Origin: Nitrosopumilus sp.
GTDB taxonomy: Archaea; Thermoproteota; Nitrososphaeria; Nitrososphaerales; Nitrosopumilaceae
Assembly (NCBI GenBank): GCA_965218695.1
Contig: OZ244651.1
Coordinates: 832,001 to 896,000, forward strand
Reading direction: 5' to 3'
DNA length: 64,000 nt
Shown here: piece by piece, positions 20,911-30,730 of the stretch
Layout of the letters: each line of letters begins with the position of its first letter
Numbering within the stretch: the stretch's first letter is position 1
Notes under the pieces: generated by a model
The model's input: the letters and a program-made list of their open reading frames with translations, nothing else
The model's database searches: none
Told to the model about the DNA's origin: nothing
Program-made: the position numbers and the translations under genes

Positions 20911-21330
20911 GTGATGCTCCTGCCTGCCGAGATTGAATCCAAGACCCTGATTCCCGCATTGAGGGCCATTCTTGCAAAAAAGCTTGCCGAAGAGCACAAC
21001 ATCAGGGAGGATGAGATCTCAAAGATGCTCGGCGTCACCCAGGCTGCAGTAAGCAACTACATCCGCGGCACGCGTGGGGATCCGTCCCTGATCATAAAGC
21101 TCCTGGCAGAAGAGCAGGTCTCAGTCATGATAGACGAGCTGAGCGACAACCTTTCGTCGGACATGGCCTACACGCCTTCTAGCCTCTCAAAATTCATCGG
21201 GCTCTGTAATTACATAAAGTCCAGTCTGCTGATATGCGAGATACACCACAACCTAGAGTCCAACATTGATGAGCAGGTGTGCAAGGAATGCGAGAACATG
21301 CTGCTCAAGGGGCCAGGAAGCATCTACTAG
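20911..21330 (+). CDS. HTH transcriptional regulator with C-terminal Cys/His motif
   Basis: LLPAEIE...PALRA..AK.L...ISKMLGVTQAAVSNY..G.RG...CEIHH. Confidence 0.85.
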   Translation: MMLLPAEIESKTLIPALRAILAKKLAEEHNIREDEISKMLGVTQAAVSNYIRGTRGDPSLIIKLLAEEQVSVMIDELSDNLSSDMAYTPSSLSKFIGLCNYIKSSLLICEIHHNLESNIDEQVCKECENMLLKGPGSIY

Positions 21331-21608
21331 GCCCTGTCCAATATTATCTCGACTGTCGATGTCATTCTGCCTATTCCGGGGGCTGATTCTGTATCCAGGA
21401 TAACCTTTTGGACCCTGACCCCCATGTTCATGTCCCTTATGATGTTAGCCACTGCCACCGCGTTTGGGATGGAGTTGCCTTTTGATCTTAAGGCCAGCCT
21501 GCCAGTGCCATTCAGTCGGGACAGCACGTATGCCACCGACTCCATTACTGGATCGTGTTCAATCGTTATGTAGTCCTGTATCGTTTCGTCTGCTCCCCCT
21601 AGTGACAT
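21327..21608 (-). CDS. Alba-family nucleic-acid-binding protein
   Basis: LRSKGNSIPNAVAVANII...STVEIIL. Confidence 0.8.
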   Translation of the reverse strand: MSLGGADETIQDYITIEHDPVMESVAYVLSRLNGTGRLALRSKGNSIPNAVAVANIIRDMNMGVRVQKVILDTESAPGIGRMTSTVEIILDRA

Positions 21609-21659
21609 TATTTAACGATCAGGAATTTTCTATTCTTTTAAGTTTTATCGACCAATTGT

Positions 21660-22136
21660 TCATTTTTCAAAATTGGTAATTGGTATATTCTGGTAGTCGC
21701 CGTTTGGCAGAACCCTTCTTATGGTGATCGGTATGACCCTCTGCTCCAGCTCCTCCATGGATATGTCCAGCGAGATTCTTGCAGTCTTTGGAATTGGTAT
21801 GAATGGAGGTGCCCCCAGTGACAGCTGTAGTGCCCTTGCACCCATAATTCTTGCCTTCTCAAACCTAGTCAGCGTCGGAGGACCAATCAGTATGGTGCCG
21901 TCAAATGGTATCTCGACTGGATCGTGATCATCAATCTTCTCTACCACCTCTCTGTCCTCAATCTCCTTTATCCTCTTCTCCAGCACCTCCTGTTCCTCTT
22001 CTGTCAATGCATTCTTGCCTGCATTCTCTATCAGTTTTCGATAGGTATCAAGCGCCTTGTTCAAACCTACATTCTTCTCGGGTTCAACATCCAAAACCTT
22101 CGGCTCTGTCAGCTCAGCCTCTTTTATGTCCGACAA
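21660..22136 (-). CDS. rpo6: DNA-directed RNA polymerase subunit Rpo6/K
   Basis: LTRFEKARIMGARALQLSLGAP...IPITIRRVLPNG; likely TTG start at 22136. Confidence 0.95.
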   Translation of the reverse strand: MSDIKEAELTEPKVLDVEPEKNVGLNKALDTYRKLIENAGKNALTEEEQEVLEKRIKEIEDREVVEKIDDHDPVEIPFDGTILIGPPTLTRFEKARIMGARALQLSLGAPPFIPIPKTARISLDISMEELEQRVIPITIRRVLPNGDYQNIPITNFEK

Positions 22137-22188
22137 GTGACGAGTTTCATTTAAAACGTTATATAATCCAATCATTTCCACCAACGGG

Positions 22189-22572
22189 TTGACTGTATCA
22201 TCCGTATCTAGAATGCAGCTGACCCTGGAGGTTCTGGGAAAGGCAAAGGTCACATGCAGCCTCAAGAGGCATCTGTCTCCAAGAACCGTCGGCATCATAA
22301 CAAGATCCCTCCCGCTGGAAGGCTACATCCACATGCTGGGCAAGGACATTCTGTATGTGGAGACCAGCATCGATTCCGGAATCGAGAGGGCAAGATCCGA
22401 GTTCAAGAAGGGCGATATTGCATTTCTGCCATCCACCGGAAGCATGTGCTTCTTCATCAATGATGTTGTCTCTGCCAAGACCATGACGCCGCTTGGAAGG
22501 ATTGATGATGTTGATGCGCTCTCAGGCCTCAGATCCGGCGATATCCTGCACATCTATGATGATGCTGCCTGA
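22189..22572 (+). CDS. Cyclophilin-like fold protein
   Basis: SPRTV...LP....F.KGDIAF.P..GSMCFF...P.G. Confidence 0.8.
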   Translation: MTVSSVSRMQLTLEVLGKAKVTCSLKRHLSPRTVGIITRSLPLEGYIHMLGKDILYVETSIDSGIERARSEFKKGDIAFLPSTGSMCFFINDVVSAKTMTPLGRIDDVDALSGLRSGDILHIYDDAA

Positions 22573-22859
22573 TACAGGCGGTGTCCTGAATACCCGCCTA
22601 CCGTCTTTACGGTTCCCTTTTCTGTCTGCTTCCTTAGGAAGGCGTTTGCAGTAGATATCTTGATCCCTGTCTGCCTGGCAAGTTCCTGAACCGTGACCAC
22701 CTTGGCGTTTTGGATTATCCTCATCGCCTGCTGTTCGTTGATCCTGACTGTGATCTCGGCCTTTTTTGGTCCGCTGTCCTTGTCCTTCTTTCCCTTCTTT
22801 GCATCCTTGGACGATGATTTGTCCTTGGATGCTGGAGTGGGTTTTTTTGCTCCGCCCAT
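22554..22859 (-). CDS. rps25e: 30S ribosomal protein S25e
   Basis: Lys-rich N-terminus plus wHTH (KVVTVQELA...IKISTA..FLR). Confidence 0.85.
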   Translation of the reverse strand: MGGAKKPTPASKDKSSSKDAKKGKKDKDSGPKKAEITVRINEQQAMRIIQNAKVVTVQELARQTGIKISTANAFLRKQTEKGTVKTVGGYSGHRLYQAASS

Positions 22860-23254
22860 ATCGATTCAGGCGGATATTCCTCTTATAAACGATGAATTCG
22901 GATGAAAATAAGAATCTAGTAATTATTCAGGACTTCCTTCCCGTATGAATGTGCATCCATTTGGAGCCAGGCCGGCCTGTCCATCCGGTCTGGATCATGC
23001 AGTGTCTTGTGTTTGGACAGGATTGCCGGCCTGTTTGACATTACCCGCATGGCATTTGGCAGGCAATCCCCCCCCCCTCCAGCCAAAAAGATTGCCGGCA
23101 TATTGCTTTTGGGCCTGCAACATGGAATGTCCAAGGGAAAGGGTTTGGCAGTACGGCCAGTCCCGGAAAGGAACGGTGCAAAAACGGCTCCTGGGAGTAT
23201 CTGCAGACAGGATCACTCTGCGCAAACCCCGAGGATGCAGGCAGACGTCCCATT

Positions 23255-23346
23255 GTACATACTCAGGTCCCCCTCAAACTCAGGCGTGAATATACGTAAA
23301 ACAGTACATGTTTACGCCTAGACAATACCGGGACCTGAGTATGTAC
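23255..23346. mobile_element. 92-bp MITE (IS66-like ends)
   Basis: Perfect 17-bp TIR gtacatactcaggtccc / gggacctgagtatgtac; 8-bp TSD gtcccatt (23247-23254, 23347-23354). Confidence 0.9.
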
Positions 23347-23393
23347 GTCCCATTTTGCAAAACATACAAAAACCCGATACTTGTCTCATTAAT

Positions 23394-24995
23394 GTGCAGA
23401 CGAGGTTTATTTTTGTCACCGGGGGCGTAATGTCCGGTCTCGGAAAGGGCATAACCACATCATCCATTGCAAAACTGCTGCAGCTGGCAGACCAGAAGGT
23501 CTCATGCGTCAAGATAGACCCGTACCTGAACTATGACGCAGGCACCATGAACCCCGTGGCCCACGGCGAGGTCTTTGTTACCGAGGATGGAGGCGAGTGT
23601 GACATGGATGTTGGAAACTATGAACGGTTCCTGAACCAGAACATCCCAAAAAGCCACAACATCACAACGGCCCAGGTGTACTCTGCAGTAATCGAGGCCG
23701 AACGGAGAGGCGAGTACCTTGGGGCATGCGTCCAGATAATACCCCATGTGACTGACAAAATCAAGGACAGGATCAGGGACATTGCCAGGGATGAGAACCT
23801 GGACTTTCTGATTGTAGAGTGCGGCGGAACCGTGGGGGACATAGAGTCGCTGCCTTTTCTAGAGGCCCTCAGGCAGATGCGAGTCGAGGAGGGCTCCAAC
23901 GGGGTAATCTTTGTACACGTCACACTGGCACCCGAGCTTGACGTGGTGGGGGAGCAGAAGACAAAACCCACGCAGCACAGTGCCCAGGAACTGAGAAGGA
24001 TAGGCATCCAGCCTGACCTCCTGGCGGTAAGATGCACCTCGCCGTTGCAGGAGAGCACGAAGAAAAAGATTGCAATGTTTACAAATGTGACTGCAGCAGA
24101 CGTGCTGTCCTGTCATGACGTGGACTCTGTCCTCAAGGTGCCCCAGATTCTGTACGATCAGGGAATCATGGACTCGCTGTTTACAAAGTTTGGAAGGGTG
24201 GGGATGGTAAATGCCTCTGCCAACTGGGACAGATGGAACAGGATAGTGCATGAAATGGCCGGCCATGGGGATCAAAAGGTAAGGATAGCAATGGTTGGAA
24301 AGTATGTCACGCTCTCGGACAGCTACGTAAGCGTAAACCACGCCCTCAGGCACGCAGCTGCACAGATAAAAAGATCCGCAGACATCCACTGGCTGGACTC
24401 TGAGTCCGTTACAGACGACGCGCTTTCCGGGTATGACGGCATTCTGGTTCCGGGGGGGTTTGGCCACCGGGGTTCGAAGGGAATCATCAACGCTGCAGAC
24501 TATGCGCGCAGGAACAACATACCCTACCTTGGAATCTGCTTTGGATTTCAGATGGCCGCAGTAGCGTTTGGAAGATCCGTCATGAACATGCCCGGTGCAG
24601 CATCCACCGAGATGGATGCCGATGCCAGTGATCCCGTAGTGGACCTGCTTCCGGAGCAGAAGGACGTCAGTGACATGGGAGGATCACTCAGACTGGGCGC
24701 AAGCACCATATCGATAAGGGATGGCACCATCGCAAGGGAGATCTACAATGCCGAGGCCATCTGCAGGAGGCACCGGCACAGGTATGAGATAAACCCAGGA
24801 TACATCCCGGAATTTGCAAAGAACGGCCTGCTGTTCTCTGCTGAAAGCGACGGCGGGAGGAGGATGGAGATACTTGAGATACCAGACCACAAATTCTATC
24901 TGGGAGTTCAGTTCCATCCAGAGTTCAGCAGCAGGCCGGGATTCCCCGAGGAGTCCTTTGCAGCATTTGTCAGGGCAGCATCCGGGGGCTACTGA
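23394..24995 (+). CDS. pyrG: CTP synthase
   Basis: FVTGGVMSGLGKGI, KIDPYLN, GICFG, RHRHRYE, QFHPE. Confidence 0.97.
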   Translation: MQTRFIFVTGGVMSGLGKGITTSSIAKLLQLADQKVSCVKIDPYLNYDAGTMNPVAHGEVFVTEDGGECDMDVGNYERFLNQNIPKSHNITTAQVYSAVIEAERRGEYLGACVQIIPHVTDKIKDRIRDIARDENLDFLIVECGGTVGDIESLPFLEALRQMRVEEGSNGVIFVHVTLAPELDVVGEQKTKPTQHSAQELRRIGIQPDLLAVRCTSPLQESTKKKIAMFTNVTAADVLSCHDVDSVLKVPQILYDQGIMDSLFTKFGRVGMVNASANWDRWNRIVHEMAGHGDQKVRIAMVGKYVTLSDSYVSVNHALRHAAAQIKRSADIHWLDSESVTDDALSGYDGILVPGGFGHRGSKGIINAADYARRNNIPYLGICFGFQMAAVAFGRSVMNMPGAASTEMDADASDPVVDLLPEQKDVSDMGGSLRLGASTISIRDGTIAREIYNAEAICRRHRHRYEINPGYIPEFAKNGLLFSAESDGGRRMEILEIPDHKFYLGVQFHPEFSSRPGFPEESFAAFVRAASGGY

Positions 24996-25034
24996 GGCGT
25001 TGCTCTGCATGCCTGTGGATGGATGCTCCTCCTA

Positions 25035-26036
25035 TTATCCTATCTTGGATATGACGTAGATCCTCTGTCTTGCATCCCTGGTGGATACCTTCTTTTTGAC
25101 GTATCCCTTCTTGAGGAGATGGCTCAGGGCAAGCCTGATGGTCCTCTCCGGGAGCAGCGTCTTGCTTGCCAGGTTCTTCTGCGTTAGGGCGCCTTCGTAC
25201 TCTAGCGTCTTTAGAAGCAGCTTGGCGCTTGGCGGCATGCTGAGCAGATCCTCGGCAAGATGTACCTTCTTTGCAAGGGCAGAGATTGCAGTGGAGTCGT
25301 TTTTGAGCCGGATTATGCTGGCAGGTGGAAAGAACTGGGTGCACTCCACGGTCTTGCCCACCTTGTAGCGGTCCCTGCCGTCAAGGACGACCTCGCAGTG
25401 GTACCTTGCAGAGACATCGTCTATCTCGATCGAGCTGCTGTTTGATACTATTATCGGCCTCCTGGTCACGTCGATGGAGTTGACAGAGATTATCCCAAAG
25501 ACTGCAGAGTCCTGAAACAGCACGGGGCCGCCTGCAGACATGGAGTATGCAGAAGAGCCTATTGGGGTGGAGACTATCACCCCGTCACTGTTGTCGTGCC
25601 ATACCTCCTCCCCGTTGACGCGCAGCGTATGCTCCATGAGTGTGGCACTCTTTTTAGAGAATACCGCGACGTCATTGAGCACAGGATATACGCTCCTGCC
25701 GTCTATCTTTACTCCGAGACGGGGAACCTTGTCGACTACGTACTTTTGCGTCTTTAGGATGCCTGCATAGGATGCAAACTCCCGCAGATCAACCTGTGCA
25801 AGGATCCCGTCTGCCTCGCCTTCATTGATTCCCAGTACGGGCAGGGTCGCATCAAATGTCTGATGAAAGTAGCTTCTGACTCCCCTGTCTCCGCCTAGAA
25901 CTATGACGCAGTCTGCATTCTGTATCTTGGATTTTGTAAATACAAACGACTTGATTTCAAGATCATCTAGGATCTGCTTGATGGTCCTTGCCGCCTGTTC
26001 GGTGTTGCCATATCCGTAGATTCCTATCTGCATCAT
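25035..26036 (-). CDS. NAD(+) kinase-family protein with C-terminal winged helix
   Basis: LGGDRG, LNDV, DGVIVSTPIGSSAYSMSAGGP; C-terminal TQKNLA..TLLPERTIRLAL..L. Confidence 0.85.
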   Translation of the reverse strand: MMQIGIYGYGNTEQAARTIKQILDDLEIKSFVFTKSKIQNADCVIVLGGDRGVRSYFHQTFDATLPVLGINEGEADGILAQVDLREFASYAGILKTQKYVVDKVPRLGVKIDGRSVYPVLNDVAVFSKKSATLMEHTLRVNGEEVWHDNSDGVIVSTPIGSSAYSMSAGGPVLFQDSAVFGIISVNSIDVTRRPIIVSNSSSIEIDDVSARYHCEVVLDGRDRYKVGKTVECTQFFPPASIIRLKNDSTAISALAKKVHLAEDLLSMPPSAKLLLKTLEYEGALTQKNLASKTLLPERTIRLALSHLLKKGYVKKKVSTRDARQRIYVISKIG

Positions 26037-26065
26037 GAATGGGGGCTGTCAGGGTAATAAATCCA

Positions 26066-26935
26066 TTACAGATCCCGAAACTTTACCATGTTGTAAAAGT
26101 ACGACGCGTTTGTCTGGATGGCCCCCCTGCGTGGAATCTTCTGCAGGCCGACGTTCTTTGAGTCGAGTGCCGCCTGGGTGGCACCCCCGGCAAAGCAGAG
26201 GGCCCACAAAAAGTCCTTCTCCCTGAGCATGGTACAGCAAAATGCCGCACAAAAGATGTCGCCAATGCCGGTCGTGTCGTGAATGCGCTTGCTTGGGATG
26301 GTAATGGAGTATACCTTGTCATCTGCCAAAAGCGAGATCTCTGTCCCGTCTGCCAGCAGGACATATCTGACTCCCCTCCTCTGGAGCGCCCTCATCATGT
26401 CTGTGCCGGCTCCGTCAACCATGCATCTGGCCTCGTCAGGGTTGACCTTGATGGCATCGACTCCGGACAGATCAAGATCAGTATCCTTTAGCATTATGCG
26501 GTTTTGTGGGTCCGTCCCCCTTAGAAACCCCTGTGGATCGACAAGAAGAAAGCTAGAGTCGCCCTTGATTCCCTCAAAGACGTCGTCGGATATCTCGTGA
26601 AATATCGGACTCACTATGTGCCCGTCTGCGTCCGTCTTTGAGTACGGTATCGGCTCGCACCGGTTTTCAAGCACGAGCGTCCTGTCGGCGCCGTCAACGG
26701 CGATGGCGAACCTGGTGGTTCCCCTGTCGGATTCGCACCCTGTGTGGCTTATCTTGTTCTCTGCGAGGTACTGGCTTGGAAAGTCTGCGCCGAACCTTGT
26801 GTGCAGGTCTACGTCAAACTTGAACTGCCTGGCTGTAAGCCCGCAGTAGCATGCAGGGCCGCCAATCTGATCATACCTCTCCCCGCCGATTGTGATTGTA
26901 TCTACTGCACAGTGGGCAAAGATGGACAGTTTCAC
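26066..26935 (-). CDS. PfkB/ribokinase-family kinase
   Basis: GGPA, VDPQG, KVN..E, DTTGIGDIF. Confidence 0.9.
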   Translation of the reverse strand: MKLSIFAHCAVDTITIGGERYDQIGGPACYCGLTARQFKFDVDLHTRFGADFPSQYLAENKISHTGCESDRGTTRFAIAVDGADRTLVLENRCEPIPYSKTDADGHIVSPIFHEISDDVFEGIKGDSSFLLVDPQGFLRGTDPQNRIMLKDTDLDLSGVDAIKVNPDEARCMVDGAGTDMMRALQRRGVRYVLLADGTEISLLADDKVYSITIPSKRIHDTTGIGDIFCAAFCCTMLREKDFLWALCFAGGATQAALDSKNVGLQKIPRRGAIQTNASYFYNMVKFRDL

Positions 26936-27230
26936 CCTCTATACAATCACGATATGGGATTTAGTTTTTTGCATTGTTTTTTTCGAAGCAGTCCCTGCAG
27001 GTGATTCTTCCTTTTAGTATCACCAAATCCATTCCCGAGCGTAGGCATTCATGACACAGACCGCGCATTACATATCATCTATAATTACACCTTCCCTGCT
27101 TAAAAGATGCTACTGCGGCAAGACGCAAAAGTCAGTTCCTAACAAGAGAAAGCGGTGCGTGGGGTTATGGCAGTTCGGAACCCGCCCTGGTGCAGGGCAA
27201 AGATTTTTCTGTCCTGCTTGTGGATTGCGC

Positions 27231-27818
27231 GTGTTGAGAACCGCCCTTCTGGCACTTGTTGCAATGTTTATTGTACTGGTCCCGTTGTCCGTGTGGCTGA
27301 CAGAGGCATCTGGCAGCGTAGCCCGAATCCCGACAAGCGCCCCTGTTGTCTTGGCAGTCACAATCGCGTTATCCCTGGTGTCGTGGTTGGCCTTTTCGTG
27401 GAAATTCAAGGGATTCAGCCCTTCCGGAGTCCTGCTCTGCGTGATTACAGGCGCGTCCCTTGCGTTTCCGTTCCTCGGTGTTCTCGGACCCCTTGCCGGG
27501 ATCATTGTGGGAATAGTCGCGGGATTTTCGGCCTCACTGCTACAAAGAAGGATGGGGGATCCCTCGCAGAGTCGACAGCTGAAGCTGGCCGTCATGATAC
27601 TTGTTGCAGCATATCTTGGTTTGACGGCAGTTGCCTTGGGCGCGTATAACCCACCGATATGGGACGGTGGTGGTTCTGGCCCGTGGTTCGGATACTGGAA
27701 TGTGTTGGACGAGCCCGAATCGAGTGTTCTCCTGCCCGACATTGTTGGGATTGTCCCGCTTCTTGTATCTGCCACGTCCCTGGCGGCAGCCGTACTGCTG
27801 ATCCGGGCACGGAAGTGA
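27231..27818 (+). CDS. Membrane protein resembling the C-terminal part of Amt ammonium transporters
   Basis: About 6 TM; KG.S.SG....ITG....P..G...P.A.IIVG..AG; ORF-track frame opens at 27051. Confidence 0.55.
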   Translation: MLRTALLALVAMFIVLVPLSVWLTEASGSVARIPTSAPVVLAVTIALSLVSWLAFSWKFKGFSPSGVLLCVITGASLAFPFLGVLGPLAGIIVGIVAGFSASLLQRRMGDPSQSRQLKLAVMILVAAYLGLTAVALGAYNPPIWDGGGSGPWFGYWNVLDEPESSVLLPDIVGIVPLLVSATSLAAAVLLIRARK

Positions 27819-27905
27819 GGATTGGAAGTCTTCTGTCCCGGGACGGAACCATTTTGCGCAATCCTGCATTCTCAAGTATAAATAGCGCCTGTCTCATGTC
27901 ATGTC

Positions 27906-28118
27906 ATGGGAGTAGTATCCAAAGGCGCAAAGTGCAATGTGGACGGGTGTGACCTGGATGGCGCACGATCCCTTAACACGCTGCGGGTGCAGAGTGCGGG
28001 GCTTCGCGTAGGCTCTGCCGGGAAAAAGGCCGTACTGTGCAAGGAGCACTACAAGGAATGGAAGAAGGAGTCAAAGGGTGATCGTGACCTTGAGCGCGCC
28101 AGGTATGACCGGTTTTAG
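27906..28118 (+). CDS. Small zinc-finger protein
   Basis: CNVDGC...LCKEHYKEWKK. Confidence 0.8.
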   Translation: MGVVSKGAKCNVDGCDLDGARSLNTLRVQSAGLRVGSAGKKAVLCKEHYKEWKKESKGDRDLERARYDRF

Positions 28119-28257
28119 CATATACCCGTGTTCGTGATATGATGAGAATTCTAATTCTGCCCTATTGGCCAATGGTGCCATCTCCAATCGGTGCCTGATG
28201 GCTACTACATGCGCCGGCTAATTTCAGGCAGCACCCCCCCCAGATCAGTCCTGTCTG

Positions 28258-29355
28258 CTATGCATTTCCATGGGAGTCTTCTGCGTCCTTTTTACGGACG
28301 GGGTTATCAAAGTAGTCCCTGCGGAGCCTGTCATACATGCTGCCTAGCCTTTTGTACAGCCTTTTTGGCTTTCTTGGCTTCTGACTGCTCAGCACATACA
28401 GTGCCAGAATCGGAAACGCGATAGTTGCATCTGCATACACTGTCACCATTCCATGATGTGCGTCCTGAATCTTGCCCCAGCTCTTTCCCTCCTGCAGCGT
28501 GGCACCTGACAGTCCTCCCGTGTCAGGCCGTGCGTCTGTAATCTGAATGATGTAGTCCTGTCCACCGTCGCCTCTTCTGAGTATCTGGTCAAGCAGCGGT
28601 CCTGTCTGCTGGGCCGTGTTCTTTGGAACCCCTCCTCCCAGCTCCAGAATGCCTGACTTTTCAGAGTCGTACAGGATTGCCGCCTGTTCGATTATCTCCC
28701 TTACAAAATCCAGGTTGTACATCCTGTCTCTTAGACGGTGAACGGCCAGGTTGAGGGCCAGGGAAGAGTCCTTTATGGTGGATATGTACACAGGCACATC
28801 GTACTCGTATGCTGCCGTAACAAAGCTCTTCTCGGGATGTTTTGCATTCTCTGCACTGGTCCTTCCCATCATGTTGCAAAACTCTGCAGTCGTAAACGGC
28901 TGGTCTGTCATGCCTGCCCCAATCTTTTGGATTATCTGATCCTCTGCCTCCAGCGTCTCATAAAACTTGACAAACACGTCCCTGATCCTGACGATCTCAT
29001 TTTCATACAGCCGCATATCGTCCACTTGGGAGCTTCCCTGTTTCACCGGCAGTCCCCACGCAAAATGATCTTCGTGGTATACGTTGGCACCCGTGGCAAT
29101 TATCCAGTCTACAAACCCCCTCTCAATGAGCGTCTTTATTATTCCCCCAAATCCCACAGGCGTCAGGGCTCCTGACACTGTGAGGCAGATGGTCGCATCC
29201 TCCTGGATCATCCGGGCGTACAGCTTTGCAGCCTCCCCAAGCTTCCTTCCGTTGAACCCTGAGCCCTCAAAGACATCGACCAGATCCCCTATGCCCATAC
29301 CGGGCTCAAGCCTGATGTGCGGTATGTCTTTTCCATGAAACTCGTGCGGGTTCAC
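28258..29355 (-). CDS. dys: Deoxyhypusine synthase family protein
   Basis: SGALTP.G, TGAN.YHE, LGGGVPKN, GGLSGAT..E..SWGK, DATIA.P. Confidence 0.92.
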   Translation of the reverse strand: MNPHEFHGKDIPHIRLEPGMGIGDLVDVFEGSGFNGRKLGEAAKLYARMIQEDATICLTVSGALTPVGFGGIIKTLIERGFVDWIIATGANVYHEDHFAWGLPVKQGSSQVDDMRLYENEIVRIRDVFVKFYETLEAEDQIIQKIGAGMTDQPFTTAEFCNMMGRTSAENAKHPEKSFVTAAYEYDVPVYISTIKDSSLALNLAVHRLRDRMYNLDFVREIIEQAAILYDSEKSGILELGGGVPKNTAQQTGPLLDQILRRGDGGQDYIIQITDARPDTGGLSGATLQEGKSWGKIQDAHHGMVTVYADATIAFPILALYVLSSQKPRKPKRLYKRLGSMYDRLRRDYFDNPVRKKDAEDSHGNA

Positions 29356-29388
29356 ACCTGAAAAATAATCCGTGCTGTAATAATACTT

Positions 29389-29458
29389 GCTGGTTGGAGG
29401 ACTCCCCTGGGGACTCGGGTGTGCCGGGATCCGATTGCGCGCGCCGGCCCATACCAGC
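29389..29458. ncRNA. Candidate GC-rich structured RNA
   Basis: Closing stem gctggt-tgg / cca-t-accagc enclosing gccgg/ccggc and ccc/ggg hairpins in a short intergenic gap. Confidence 0.35.
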
Positions 29459-29502
29459 TACTGCCTAATTCGCATCAGAATGCGGCATCTCAAATATTGG
29501 GC

Positions 29503-29952
29503 TCAGAACATAATATAGTCAAGAGCAGATGCGTCGCTGATCAGTCTTGTGTGTCTGGTGCCCAGAACGTAGCCGTTTTTGATATCAACCACCGGAATCC
29601 ATCGGTTGGTGGACGTGTAGTGTCTCTTTTCTGCAAGCTCGCGCTCTATTGCCTCTATGTCAAACTCGCCTTCCTCCACCTCCTGCGTGGTAAGGTGCTT
29701 GATTGTGACCATAATCTTGGTAACCTTTACCCTGTCTCCAAACTTCCATCTTGAGGCCGGTATCTCGTCGGAGACCTCCAGAACCTTGATCTTCATCTGT
29801 TTCTTCCCAAACGCATCGTGGCTGACCAGTGTCTTTTCATCAGTAAACTCTTCAAAACTGATCCTGGAGTTTACCTCTGCATCAGAGATTGTATCCAGCA
29901 AAGATTTTGAGTCTATCCCGGGGGGAGATGCGTCGGACTCGTTCTCACTCAT
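29503..29952 (-). CDS. Conserved hypothetical protein
   Basis: Protein-like acidic ORF co-oriented with its neighbours. Confidence 0.75.
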   Translation of the reverse strand: MSENESDASPPGIDSKSLLDTISDAEVNSRISFEEFTDEKTLVSHDAFGKKQMKIKVLEVSDEIPASRWKFGDRVKVTKIMVTIKHLTTQEVEEGEFDIEAIERELAEKRHYTSTNRWIPVVDIKNGYVLGTRHTRLISDASALDYIMF

Positions 29953-29996
29953 GTGCTAAATCCACCAATGTCATTAAAAACAGTTTGCCAAATACT

Positions 29997-30536
29997 CTAT
30001 TCTGCGGCAAACGGCATCTTGTAATCCTTCAGGGTAATCTCCTCCCGCAGGCTGCCTGTGCCTGCAAACGTCCTGCCGTCATAGCTGCACGTGCAGCTGG
30101 TGACATCCCTGGACTCGTCCCACACCTTGTAAAACTCCCGCAGTTTCCTGCCCTCGTATCTTCCAAGGCCCACCCTCTTCTTTGAGAGAAACTTGAAGGC
30201 AAGTATCACCTTTCTCTTCCTGTATATCTCAAACATGTCCATCCACTCAATGCACCGCATTATCTGCTCTGCAGGGACTGGAAGGGACATGGTGGTGCCT
30301 GACTTTGCCTCTATTACGAGCATGGTTCTTTTGAATGTGCTGACTGCCAGCACGTCTGGCAGTCTGATGCTAGGGGATCCCAGCCGGAACGCCTTCCAGT
30401 CATGCGTGCTGTTGAACCTCCTGATCAGGGTATCCTCCCACGCGTATCCTCTCTGCCTGCGTACCCTGGACGCCGTTGTGTTGTTGGGTGCCTCCCTTGG
30501 AACCCCATCTGTCCGTGTCATCATAATAGCATCCAA
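29997..30536 (-). CDS. Holliday junction resolvase-like PD-(D/E)xK nuclease (Hjc family)
   Basis: RG...E, R.GS, PDVLA, IEAKS. Confidence 0.8.
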   Translation of the reverse strand: MDAIMMTRTDGVPREAPNNTTASRVRRQRGYAWEDTLIRRFNSTHDWKAFRLGSPSIRLPDVLAVSTFKRTMLVIEAKSGTTMSLPVPAEQIMRCIEWMDMFEIYRKRKVILAFKFLSKKRVGLGRYEGRKLREFYKVWDESRDVTSCTCSYDGRTFAGTGSLREEITLKDYKMPFAAE

Positions 30537-30730
30537 TCCAGTGCGATATATGTTAAGGCAGCCGTCCGATGGCAGTGCTGCCGCTGCTACTACTACTACT
30601 GCTGCTGCTGCCGCATTGCAGGATTACTCTTGTGGCCTAGCTGGATCCGTCCGGGATCTTCTGCTCCTTCATACAGAATCCCGCTGCATGTGCACAGTGA
30701 GTTTATCAAGCCCATGCGTCTCACCTGGTC

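Noticed and set aside
22920-23250. Possible RNase P RNA (aaaccccgaggatgcagg-like segment)
   Set aside because: The conserved P4 motifs (GAGGAAAGTCC / AACAGAAnnnGGCTTA) are not found; better explained as decayed transposase DNA.
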